From contig CP113000.1 in the NCBI GenBank assembly GCA_026625185.1, positions 1,215,622 through 1,247,621 on the forward strand: a stretch of 32,000 bases of DNA, given 5' to 3'. The notes below the pieces were generated by a model. That model was given only the letters and a program-made list of their open reading frames with translations, did not search any database and had not been told where the DNA came from. Made by a program: the position numbers and the translations under genes. How positions within the stretch are numbered: the stretch's first letter is position 1; every line of letters begins with the position of its first letter. Positions 24,330 to 32,000 of this stretch are shown here, one piece after another. Source of the stretch: Thermodesulfobacteriota bacterium. Lineage in GTDB: Bacteria; Desulfobacterota; WTBG01; JAGOGO01.

Positions 24330-25015
24330 CACGTGTCAAGATCTGCGGAGTAACGAATACCGAGGATATCCACCTCTGTGCTGAGGCAGGCGCCCATGCG
24401 CTGGGTTTTGTGGTGGAGTATCCGATTGACGTGCCATGGAACCTTGACCGGCAGGCCGCAAAGGAATTGATGCGGGAAGTCCCCCCCTTTGTTTCAAAAG
24501 TGATCGTCGTTGGAGACGAACCCCACAGAATAATCGAGTTGACAGACATACTCAGGCCTCATGTGGTTCAACTGCACGGCAACGAACCGCTTGCCGTTAC
24601 CCAGGGCCTTGTTTCCAAACTCAAGTCAGAAAAGGGGGTTCAGGTGATCAAGGCCCTGCGCTTTTTTGTTGAAACCGGAAAATATTTTTCTGAACAGGCT
24701 GATCCTCTCGAAGCCGCTAGAATCCTGGAGGATGCAGGGGTGGATGCCTTGGTGCTGGATTCGGTCAGTAAGACCTGGCCAGGTGGAACGGGAAAGGCTG
24801 TTGACTGGCAGGTTGCCAGGAAAATCCGGCAGCAGTTGAGGCTGCCGATCATTCTGGCCGGCGGGCTGAATCCAAGCAACGTCGGTCGAGCCATCGCTGC
24901 GGTCAGGCCTTACGGCGTGGATGTGATCAGCGGCGTTGAAAATCCTGTACGAAAAAAGGATCCCGACAAATTGATAGCTTTTTTCAAGGCCATTGAGGGG
25001 GCTTCCTGGCCTTAA
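24317..25015 (+). CDS. trpF: Phosphoribosylanthranilate isomerase
   Basis: Motifs are RVKICGVTNTEDI, GAHALGFVV, VQLHG, LDS...GGTGK..DW and ILAGGLNPSNV. It overlaps the trpC stop by 13 nt. Confidence 0.85.
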   Translation: MAGMTRVKICGVTNTEDIHLCAEAGAHALGFVVEYPIDVPWNLDRQAAKELMREVPPFVSKVIVVGDEPHRIIELTDILRPHVVQLHGNEPLAVTQGLVSKLKSEKGVQVIKALRFFVETGKYFSEQADPLEAARILEDAGVDALVLDSVSKTWPGGTGKAVDWQVARKIRQQLRLPIILAGGLNPSNVGRAIAAVRPYGVDVISGVENPVRKKDPDKLIAFFKAIEGASWP

Positions 25016-25258
25016 AGGCCAGTGTTGCAAATGAATTGAGGGCAGCGGATAGAACTCTCAAACCATAAAATTGCCGAACAAATCAATCAAGCTGACAGCT
25101 CAAAGCGTGGAAGAATTTCAACACTTTTGAGCCTTCAAAAAAGCTTATGGAATTTTCACGGCTTTCTAAGTGCAGGTTATCTCCAGCATTATGTGTAAAT
25201 AAGATGAGCAATGATATTGCGCTATGGGTAGCGATAGCCGCATTATTTATATAGATAG

Positions 25259-25459
25259 GCGTCGTCCATTAGGAAGCCGTTAGAAAAGCAAGGAAAGCCG
25301 GACGCACGGGGGTATGTTGCTCAAATCGGTAGTAAGATCGTTCTGGTAGATGGAGAGCAATTGACCCAGTTAATGATTGAAAACGACGTAGGTGTATCGA
25401 CCGTTTCACTCTACCCGGTAAAGAAGATCGATTCGGACTATTTCGATGAAGGCATGTAA
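25259..25459 (+). pseudogene. C-terminal remnant of an Mrr-like restriction endonuclease
   Basis: The frame reads ...ARGYVAQIGSKIVLVDGEQLTQLMIENDVGVSTVSLYPVKKIDSDYFDEGM*. This matches the conserved Mrr C-terminus (kIvLIDGe.La.LMi...vGV......y..k.iD.dYF.e). The frame is closed by a TAG upstream, and there is no catalytic core. Confidence 0.55.
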
Positions 25460-25534
25460 CAACCGCGTGCGCCCGATCGCCAAACTGCCGGCTCCGGGTG
25501 ACACCCATGTTGGGACGTATCGGCATATCGCAAA

Positions 25535-25898
25535 CATGAGTGTGTCCGTACTTTGATTATGGAAAAGAGAGAACGAAAGGAGGTGCCAGAATGAAAGATG
25601 TCATAGGAATTGCTTGGTACAAGGACGAGGCTATTTACCGCAGAGCGCTTGCGATCTTTATTGATCCCAAGAATATGCCCGCCACGTATGAAGACTGGCA
25701 AGCTCTTGTCGGAAGGTAACGCGAAGAAATTAAGGGTGCTGGCAACGTCGCTCTTCGCGTGGACATCGATCCGGAAACATTTAGAGATTGGTGCAATGCG
25801 CATGAATTTCTACCCGATTCGCAGGGTAGAATGGCGTTCGTCAACCATGTCGAGCTCGCGGATGAGAAGACCGGCAAAGGAACAATCATTGAATAGCT
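25535..25898. repeat. 364-bp direct repeat, copy 2
   Basis: See copy 1 at 21147-21510. The length is the same, with about 14 substitutions. Confidence 0.9.
25591..25896 (+). pseudogene. Second copy of the 101-aa gene with premature TAA
   Basis: It has the same RBS and frame as 21203-21508. Codon 43 is GAA in copy 1 (21329-21331) and TAA here (25717-25719). Most other differences are nonsynonymous. Confidence 0.75.
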
Positions 25899-25932
25899 CG
25901 TGGAGTTGTTCTTCAAATGAATCAAACAGCGC

Positions 25933-26184
25933 TTGAGAATAAAGGCATTTTATGGAATATCTGAAAACGCAGTTAAGACCCGGATCCGGGTTGCCCTCTC
26001 AGTGTATCTTCTGGTCGCAATCATGAAAAAACGATTATATATCGATCTCAGCCTCTACAGTAGGTTACAGATTTTTAGCTTGACGCTTTTTGAAAAAAAG
26101 TCGATTATCCGATTACTTAGTCCACCGATCTACCCAAATGAGATTGCCGGTAACTACATCCAATTGAAATTATTTGACTATTAA
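25933..26184 (+). mobile_element. C-terminal remnant of an IS4-family DDE transposase
   Basis: The sequence KAFYGISENAVKTRIRVALSVYLLVAIMKKRLYIDLSLYSRLQIFSLTLFEKKSI matches the conserved C-terminal block (fyGtSeNAvKtQIw.AvsvYvLvAi.KkrL....slY..LQils.tlFEK). No upstream catalytic part or inverted repeats are seen. Confidence 0.6.
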
Positions 26185-26265
26185 CCGGACACTAATGATA
26201 TAATATATAATATAAATGGACTCAGGTAATGTCAATTAAAGCCAGGAGTTTGTTTTAGAAAGTTA

Positions 26266-27012
26266 ATGATATTCAGCGAAAGGCTACGGGGAGCTATGAT
26301 ACTGCTTCCAATTTATAAAAAAACAGAATTGTACCAGGTTAATCCGACGAAAATAATTGCCTTAGGACTCAATTATCGAGACCATATTGCGGAAAGCAAC
26401 TCAATCAACGTGCGGGGTTTTACGCAAGAAATACCGATTGAACCAATTTTATTTGCAAAAACGCCAAACTGTCTCCTTGAGCCGGAAGAGCCTATTGTTT
26501 TGCCCCAGTTTCTGCATGACTATGGATTTGATGATATCCGGACCGACTATGAAGCAGAACTTGCTTTCATTATTAAAGACCGGTGCAAGAATATCCCGAA
26601 GGAAAAAGCATTGGATTACATTTTTGGTTTTACCTGTGTTAACGATGTGAGCCAGCGAAACATTCAACGCATGGATAAATCAGGATGGCTTCGGGCCAAA
26701 TCTCTGGATACCTTTGGCCCTATTGGCCCGCGGGTAGTATTGACAAATGACATCGGGAATGTCCGGAATCTCTCGATAGAATGCCGGTTAAATGGTACGA
26801 CAGTTCAAAAATCCAATACTAAGAATATGATCTTTAGTATTGAGGAAACCCTCTCTTTTGTCTCCAAAAATTTTACCTTAATGCCCGGGGATATTGTGAT
26901 TACCGGAACCCCTAGCGGGGTTGGACCCTTAAAACATGGAGATGTGGTAGAAGTTGAGATTGAAAAGATCGGTATTTTGCGTAATCCCGTAATTGAGGAA
27001 ACTTTTGTTTAA
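26266..27012 (+). CDS. Fumarylacetoacetate hydrolase (FAH) family protein
   Basis: Motifs are GLNYRDH, FAKTPN, YEAELAFII, GFTCVNDVSQR, KSLDTFGPIGP and PGDIVITGTPSGVG. The start could instead be ATG 26296. Confidence 0.85.
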   Translation: MIFSERLRGAMILLPIYKKTELYQVNPTKIIALGLNYRDHIAESNSINVRGFTQEIPIEPILFAKTPNCLLEPEEPIVLPQFLHDYGFDDIRTDYEAELAFIIKDRCKNIPKEKALDYIFGFTCVNDVSQRNIQRMDKSGWLRAKSLDTFGPIGPRVVLTNDIGNVRNLSIECRLNGTTVQKSNTKNMIFSIEETLSFVSKNFTLMPGDIVITGTPSGVGPLKHGDVVEVEIEKIGILRNPVIEETFV

Positions 27013-27129
27013 ACGGAGAACCTTTTTTCGGGACTATAGCAAAAAAACAGCCGGTTTTTTTGAATAATATCGAGAGGAATCCGCCAAAAAAATAATTGAC
27101 AAGCACAAATAAAAAAGTTTAGATACTAT

Positions 27130-27243
27130 TCAGCTTGACCAAGCGGCCCCAACACGTGGGGGTGCAGCCGGGCCAGCAATGGCAGCGGAGATTTTAACCC
27201 GTGGGACAATGTTTCACGGGTTTTTCCATTTTAGGGAGTTTTT
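27130..27243 (+). promoter_or_regulatory. Structured GC-rich 5' leader of the CDF transporter gene (candidate riboswitch/attenuator)
   Basis: GC-rich helices (GCTT/AAGC, CCCC..GGGG, GCAGCCGGGCCAGC..GGCAGCGG) sit in an otherwise AT-rich spacer. They end in a terminator hairpin about 20 nt before the ATG. A TTGACA lies at 27096-27101. Confidence 0.45.
27197..27225 (+). terminator. Intrinsic terminator-like hairpin upstream of the CDF gene (attenuator)
   Basis: ACCCGTG (27197-27203) pairs with CACGGGT (27215-27221) across an 11-nt loop. A TTTTT run follows, 19 nt before ATG 27244. Confidence 0.5.
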
Positions 27244-28188
27244 ATGGAAACGCAAAAGCAAAAAGTCTTGGTTGCAGCGCTTTCAGTATTATCGAATACT
27301 ACCCTGGTTATTCTGAAACTTATTGTCGGAGTAATCATTGGCTCCGTATCAGTTCTTTCAGAAGCCATCCATTCCGGGGTTGATCTTTTAGCTGCGGTCA
27401 TTGCCCTTTTGGCGGTAAAAAAGTCAGGCAAACCCGCGGATCAGGATCATTCGTTTGGACATGGGAAATACGAAAACCTCTCCGGTGCGATTGAAGCTCT
27501 GCTTATTTTCGTTGCCGCGGCCTGGATCATTTTTGAAGCCATCCATAAGTTGATCAAACCGCAACCCATCGAAACAGTGGGATGGGGCGTCGGGGTCATG
27601 CTCTTTTCTTCTTTGGTCAACATTGTGGTTTCACGCTTACTTTTCAAGGTCGGTAAAAAAACCGATTCCATTGCTCTGCAAGCGGATGCCTGGCACTTGC
27701 TCACCGATGTCTATACGTCTGCCGGTGTCATGTTCGGCCTATTGGTTTTGTGGTTTGGAGAACGGTTTATACCTCAGCTGGATTGGCATTGGATAGATCC
27801 GGTTGCCGCGCTTGGGGTTGCATTATTGATTATTAAAGCAGCCTACCAGCTTACCATTCAATCGATTCGCGATTTATTGGATGTAAGCTTGCCTCCCGGG
27901 GAAGAAATATGGGTAAAGAACAAAATCAAAGAGATGTATCCCCAGGTGCGAGGGTTTCACAACTTTCGCTCGCGCAAGTCAGGCGCTACCCGCTTTGTGG
28001 AGTTCCACTTGATGTTAGACGCGACAATGTCCGTGAAAGACTCTCACGCTGTTAATGATAAAATTGTGAAAGAAATAAAATGTCGGTTTAAGGATTCAAA
28101 GGTCATGGTTCATATTGAACCCTGTGATAATAATAGTTGCGAAAGCAAATGCCTTACCTCTTGTTTTGTAAAACATCCGCCTGGATGA
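27244..28188 (+). CDS. Cation diffusion facilitator (CDF) family metal efflux transporter
   Basis: It has six TM segments with signature motifs SVLSEAIHSGVDLLA, HSFGHGKYE and DAWHLLTDV. The cytoplasmic C-domain contains VHIEP. Confidence 0.9.
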   Translation: METQKQKVLVAALSVLSNTTLVILKLIVGVIIGSVSVLSEAIHSGVDLLAAVIALLAVKKSGKPADQDHSFGHGKYENLSGAIEALLIFVAAAWIIFEAIHKLIKPQPIETVGWGVGVMLFSSLVNIVVSRLLFKVGKKTDSIALQADAWHLLTDVYTSAGVMFGLLVLWFGERFIPQLDWHWIDPVAALGVALLIIKAAYQLTIQSIRDLLDVSLPPGEEIWVKNKIKEMYPQVRGFHNFRSRKSGATRFVEFHLMLDATMSVKDSHAVNDKIVKEIKCRFKDSKVMVHIEPCDNNSCESKCLTSCFVKHPPG

Positions 28189-28210
28189 GAATCGCCGCTT
28201 ATTCCTTGTT

Positions 28211-28335
28211 ATACCAAGCCGCCTTCATTTGCATATCTTTGTTGTCTCCTCGTCATACTCCTCGACGTACTAAAACTTACGCCTGCGTCGATTTCTCGTC
28301 GACGCCTCGATCTGCTTTTGAATGCAACTTGGTAT
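28211..28335. repeat. Intergenic ~125-bp repeat with inverted termini, copy 2
   Basis: This is the same unit as 18232-18353, in the same orientation. It lies between the convergent CDF and dedA genes. Confidence 0.7.
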
Positions 28336-28485
28336 TAGTTTTATTTATTGCGTTATAAAAATACCGACCAGAGAAAAGATCACATCAATGATAATAGACG
28401 TCCCCTTCTTCTCTCCTAGGAGCCTCCTTTAATGCTTCGAGACCTTTATTGGCCATAATGTTCCCCTTTATGATAAAGATTGAAT

Positions 28486-29127
28486 TTAATGTGTTTGGCG
28501 TCGTTGCCGAAAGGCTTCGATCACAGCAGGAAGAATGGAGATCACAATTATGACAACAATGACGAGAGAAAAGTTGTCTTTAACGATCGGTATGTTTCCA
28601 AAGAAAAAACCCAGCAAGGTCAAAGAAAGAACCCAGAACACACCTCCTAAAATATTATAAAGCAAAAACCGAGAATAAGCCATAGTGCCAATACCGGCCA
28701 CAAAAGGGGCAAAAGTACGAATGATGGGAATAAACCGTGCCAGGACAATAGTTTTCCCCCCATACTTTTCGTAGAACTGATGAGTCCGGTCTATGTATTC
28801 TTTTTTTACCCACCGGATTTTTTTTCTTTCTAATATTTTTGGCCCTACTAAAAAACCAAACCAGTAATTTATTGTGTCCCCAGCTATGGCAGCGACGCTT
28901 AGTAAGGCCAGTACTATGGTCAGCTCTAATGACCCGCGGGCAGCAAAAGTACCGGTGGCAAAAAGCAAAGAATCTCCAGGCAAAAAGGGAGTTACGACCA
29001 AGCCGGTTTCACAAAAGATTATGAAAAAAAGGATAAAATGAGTCCAAAAACCATACTGTTGGATTAGCGAACTTAAATAGCGATCAAGGTGAAGAAAAAT
29101 ATCAATATAATAGGTGATTAATTCCAT
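28486..29127 (-). CDS. DedA-family inner-membrane protein
   Basis: Motifs are ETGLVVTPFLPGDSLLFATG and ARFIPIIRTFAPFVAG, with multiple TM helices. Confidence 0.85.
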   Translation of the reverse strand: MELITYYIDIFLHLDRYLSSLIQQYGFWTHFILFFIIFCETGLVVTPFLPGDSLLFATGTFAARGSLELTIVLALLSVAAIAGDTINYWFGFLVGPKILERKKIRWVKKEYIDRTHQFYEKYGGKTIVLARFIPIIRTFAPFVAGIGTMAYSRFLLYNILGGVFWVLSLTLLGFFFGNIPIVKDNFSLVIVVIIVISILPAVIEAFRQRRQTH

Positions 29128-29162
29128 TGGTTGTCCTATGCAAAACTTTTTTGGATTAAAAA

Positions 29163-29228
29163 AAGTTCACCCCGTTAGAAATGCCCCGCTTGCCCCGTTA
29201 GATATCAAATATCTAACGGGGTGAACTT
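29163..29228. repeat. Nested inverted repeat containing a 29-nt perfect palindrome
   Basis: CCCCGTTAGATAT-CAA-ATATCTAACGGGG occupies 29193-29221. It is nested within AAGTTCAC...GTGAACTT. An extra partial left arm (CCCCGTTAGA) lies at 29170-29179. The element sits in the divergent region between dedA and the DUF47 gene. Confidence 0.7.
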
Positions 29229-29491
29229 AGTGATAATCTTTATTATCAAATTGAGAACTCATGGTCAAAGCCTTTCTTTGCGAAGCTCGCACTCCAGCTT
29301 AGTTTCATTCCACCCGCTCATACTTATTGAGTTATTGCAGCGAATACACTACCAATGGATAGCGTGGCAAAGCCAATATCTTCTGGGGGCTGGTTAAGAC
29401 GGGTTGGGGATTTATGATTAAGAGTTCCTTGTTTATTTTTTGATTTATTTTTTCAAAAAAATTAATTAGTTCAATAGCCAGTACATTTTTA

Positions 29492-29520
29492 TTGACACAC
29501 AAAACACCTTATTCTATACT
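29492..29520 (+). promoter_or_regulatory. Sigma-70-type promoter for the DUF47/PiT operon
   Basis: TTGACA (29492-29497) is separated by a 17-nt spacer from TATACT (29515-29520), about 90 nt upstream of ATG 29610. Confidence 0.5.
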
Positions 29521-29609
29521 TCATAAACTTAAAAGGTGTTTTTATGTCAATAAGTGAAAGAAAAACGGTTAGTTAAAAAACAGCTACGAGTTTCCAAGCT
29601 GAGGGTATC

Positions 29610-30233
29610 ATGTTTACGCTCTTTCCACAAAAAAGTGTAATTTTTGAACTTTTTGAAAAATCAGTCCGGAATGTTCATGAGGGCGCTAAGGCATTAAAAG
29701 ACCTTTTTGAAAACTACACTGACGTACCTTCTAAAGTCCAAAAAATTAAAGATTTAGAACATGCTGGTGACGAGGTTACGCACCATATTCTTGATCATTT
29801 AGCCAAGACCTTTATTACCCCGTTAGACCGGGACGATATCCACCACATCGCCCAGCGTTTAGATGATGTTCTCGATCGAATGGATGTGGCTGCGAACCGG
29901 ATGCTTTTGTTCAATATCCCTCAACCGACTGAGGAGGCCAAAAAATTAAGCCGGATACTGGTTAAGTCTACCGCCCTGCTCATCGAAGCAATTTCTAATC
30001 TTCGAAATATGAAAAATGCTCATACCATCCTGGAGTGTTGCCTTGAGATTCACACCCAGGAAAACGAAGGCGACCGCTTGATGCAACAGGCTATCGGCAA
30101 GCTGTTTGTTGAAGCAGGTGATGCCAAGGAAATAATCAAATGGAAGGACATTTATCAAATCCTGGAAAGCGCCACTGACCGTTGTGAAGATGTGGCTGAT
30201 GTGCTCCATACCATCATTGTCAAGCATGCCTGA
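29610..30233 (+). CDS. DUF47 / PhoU-like phosphate-transport regulator (YkaA/TIGR00153-like)
   Basis: This is a helical protein containing IKDLEHAGDEVTH..., DRDDIH and LESATDRCEDVADV. It shows the typical pairing with a downstream PiT transporter. Confidence 0.8.
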   Translation: MFTLFPQKSVIFELFEKSVRNVHEGAKALKDLFENYTDVPSKVQKIKDLEHAGDEVTHHILDHLAKTFITPLDRDDIHHIAQRLDDVLDRMDVAANRMLLFNIPQPTEEAKKLSRILVKSTALLIEAISNLRNMKNAHTILECCLEIHTQENEGDRLMQQAIGKLFVEAGDAKEIIKWKDIYQILESATDRCEDVADVLHTIIVKHA

Positions 30234-30287
30234 GCGATTGTAAACTTATTCAGGTCAATTTTTTTCCTCATTCATACTCCATAACAT

Positions 30288-31307
30288 ATGATTACCTTGA
30301 CGTTAGTGCTGATAATTATCTTCGCCCTGATCTACGACTTGGCTAATGGCTGGAATGATGCTGCGGGAGCAATCGCGACGGTTATCTCCACCCGGGTTTT
30401 ATCACCTTTAAAGGCGATTATTTTTTGCTCGGCTCTGAATTTCTGCGGAGCCTTGTTTAGCAGTGAAGTGGCTAAGACGGTGGGTTCAGAAATCGCCTCG
30501 CCGGAACAGTTGACGTTATCTACCTTCTTAGCCGCGGTCATGATGGCTCCGCTCTGGATCAATGTTTGCGCTCGGCGAGGTCTGCCCACCAGTTGTTCTC
30601 ATGCTTTATTGGGGTCCCTGATCGGTTCAGTCATTGCCTCAGCAGGAGTTGATGCGCTTAAAGCTCATGGGATTCAAAAGATTTTCTTTGGGGTAATGAT
30701 CTGCCCTCCGGCAGGGTTTATCCTCGGCCACGGTCTTGCACGACTGATCACGTGGGGATTTAAGAATGTTAATCCCAAGGCCGGCTCAGTTATTTTCGGC
30801 AAACTCCAATTGGTTTCTGCCGGGGCCATGGCTTTTGCCCACGGCACGGGTGATGCCCAGAAGTCGATGGGCATTATTAGTGGTGCGTTAATGGTGAAGG
30901 CGTTAAGTGAAAGTGTCCACACCGCTTCAGCGTCTGCTCAGTTTCAAGTTCCCTTTTGGGTGCGGATAGCCTGCGCGGTAACGATTGCCGTGGGAACGTC
31001 AGTGGGAGGATGGAAAATAATTCGTACCTTAGGTTCCCGTCTGGTACACTTGCGAAGGTACCAGGGGTTTGCTGCTGAGACCGCTGCTGCTGCCACCATC
31101 ATGGCGAATACCCTTGTTGGAATACCGATCAGCACAACCCACTCCATTACGGGCGCCATCTTGGGGGTTGGAGCCGCTCGAGGCGCCAAGATGGTTCGGT
31201 GGGGGGTTGGCAAAAAAATCGTCTATGCCTGGGTCGTAACGTTCCCGGTTTGTATTGTCGGCGGCGCTGTAATCCACAAGCTTCTTATGCTGAGCGGACT
31301 TCGTTAA
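30288..31307 (+). CDS. PiT-family inorganic phosphate transporter
   Basis: The N- and C-terminal PHO4 repeats read NGWNDAAGAIATVISTR and FAHGTGDAQKSMG. It is multi-TM and contains PISTTHSITGAILGVG. Confidence 0.9.
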   Translation: MITLTLVLIIIFALIYDLANGWNDAAGAIATVISTRVLSPLKAIIFCSALNFCGALFSSEVAKTVGSEIASPEQLTLSTFLAAVMMAPLWINVCARRGLPTSCSHALLGSLIGSVIASAGVDALKAHGIQKIFFGVMICPPAGFILGHGLARLITWGFKNVNPKAGSVIFGKLQLVSAGAMAFAHGTGDAQKSMGIISGALMVKALSESVHTASASAQFQVPFWVRIACAVTIAVGTSVGGWKIIRTLGSRLVHLRRYQGFAAETAAAATIMANTLVGIPISTTHSITGAILGVGAARGAKMVRWGVGKKIVYAWVVTFPVCIVGGAVIHKLLMLSGLR

Positions 31308-31369
31308 CTCGTTTATTCGCAAACATTCTCGTCTTTGGAATTAAATCTTCAGATTTCGTTGCTGGGCCC

Positions 31370-32000
31370 TCATTCGTTCTCAAGAGGTATCGTAAGGTAG
31401 TATCCGTGAAAACCCCTTTGAATAAGGAGAAGAACGGTATCTTGTTGGAAAATGCCGGCTACTGACTTTTGAAAATCAGGGAAAGAATTTATCGAGGTCT
31501 CATTTATCTGGAGAATACGGTCTCCCGGTTTAATTCCAAAGTTGTAAGCCCGGCTGCCTTCCCTTACCTTTATGATAGCGATTCCCTTTGGCTGGGCGTT
31601 TAGCTTCGGTTTGGTTGGCGGTGGCTCTCCTTTTTGGACTTGCAGGCCGAGGAGATTAAAAAAGTATTCTTCGGCTCGGGCAAGGGGAAATCTCTCTGCT
31701 TTAATTGGTAAGGTAATGGCTCTTCCTTTCCGGAAAAGGGTAAACGGGATGCTCTCATGGGAGGTGTACTGTCTTAAGATAGCAAAAAAATCACGTTTGG
31801 TTTTTACTTGCTCATTTTCAATTTTAATGATGATATCGGTTTTTTCTATGCCGCCTTTCTCTGCCGGACTTCCTGGTTCAGTCTCTTTCACTAACACACC
31901 CTCTTCTTCGGGGTAGCCAAGATAATGAGCCATCTCAGCCGAGAGGGTTTGAAGTTTTATCCCTACCCACGCGGGGTTCACTTCTCCATAAGTAATCAAC
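31370..32000 (-). CDS. HtrA/DegP-family serine protease, C-terminal part with two PDZ domains (5' end beyond window)
   Basis: PDZ-like blocks are WVGIKLQTLSAEMAHYLG...GVLVKETEPGSPAEKGGIEKTDIII and GIAIIKVREGSRAYNFGIKPGDRILQINE. The frame is open to the window edge. Confidence 0.8.
   Translation of the reverse strand, partial: LITYGEVNPAWVGIKLQTLSAEMAHYLGYPEEEGVLVKETEPGSPAEKGGIEKTDIIIKIENEQVKTKRDFFAILRQYTSHESIPFTLFRKGRAITLPIKAERFPLARAEEYFFNLLGLQVQKGEPPPTKPKLNAQPKGIAIIKVREGSRAYNFGIKPGDRILQINETSINSFPDFQKSVAGIFQQDTVLLLIQRGFHGYYLTIPLENE

Noticed and set aside
25006-25022. The hairpin CTGGCCT-TAA-AGGCCAG spanning the trpF stop codon as a Rho-independent terminator
   Set aside because: It is a 7-bp stem but no U-tract follows (TGTTGCAAATG). 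It may be a structural coincidence or a processing site, and it is not confidently a terminator.
1-32000. Genome-wide reassignment of TGA (genetic code 4 or 25) as the explanation for the in-frame TGAs at 182-184, 3173-3175 and 8793-8795
   Set aside because: TGA terminates several full-length, well-conserved genes at the expected position: Slp 1258-1260, C1 peptidase 9087-9089, CDF 28186-28188, DUF47 30231-30233 and HtrA-like 31370-31372. The implied residues also differ (Trp at one site, Gly at another), so independent point mutations are more parsimonious.
1-32000. CRISPR arrays, tRNA, rRNA and tmRNA genes
   Set aside because: Reading through all intergenic regions, I saw no regularly spaced short direct repeats and no cloverleaf-like or rRNA-like conserved stretches. 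I cannot run tRNAscan or Infernal, so short ncRNAs cannot be excluded.

Overview
This looks like a chromosomal fragment from an anaerobic, Desulfobacterota-like bacterium. That is a guess from gene content only: a DhnA/ADH-synthase-type aldolase, an HgcA-like corrinoid protein start, a glycyl-radical-enzyme remnant and a Cys-tailed SlyD. Ordinary housekeeping blocks are tmk, a ppiD-like gene, a slyD-like gene, an FAH-family hydrolase, a CDF transporter, DedA, a DUF47/PiT phosphate pair and an HtrA-like protease. They alternate with three accessory patches that look GC-richer by eye. (i) 1.4-6.2 kb holds a lone AAA+ ATPase with a broken PAS mini-ORF, then an ECF sigma / anti-sigma operon bracketed by two LTxxQ (Spy/CpxP-like) Met/His-rich periplasmic proteins. 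(ii) 6.4-13.8 kb holds a tightly packed six-gene minus-strand operon that I cannot assign to any described system: membrane protein, helical lipoprotein, small helical protein, C1 papain-like peptidase, secreted jelly-roll protein and a large unknown protein. An IS transposase remnant bounds it on one side and a frameshifted, truncated glycyl-radical-enzyme N-terminus on the other. Two of its genes carry single-site lesions, an in-frame TGA and a frameshift in an A7/T7 run. This operon is my best candidate for an undescribed system. (iii) 19.9-26.2 kb is a junkyard island. It contains a tyrosine-recombinase tail, a 319-aa unknown gene, an orphan antitoxin with a truncated ParE/RelE toxin fused to a HAD-hydrolase remnant, and an accessory trpD-trpC-trpF set whose TrpD carries an N-terminal Lrp/AsnC RAM domain. 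It also contains an Mrr tail and an IS4-family transposase tail. The central 4 kb is bracketed by 364-bp direct repeats that duplicate a 101-aa gene, and the second copy has a nonsense codon. Other signals are a ~125-bp intergenic repeat with inverted termini (two copies), a structured terminator-containing leader upstream of the CDF transporter, and a 29-nt perfect palindrome upstream of dedA. I found no rRNA, tRNA or CRISPR array.
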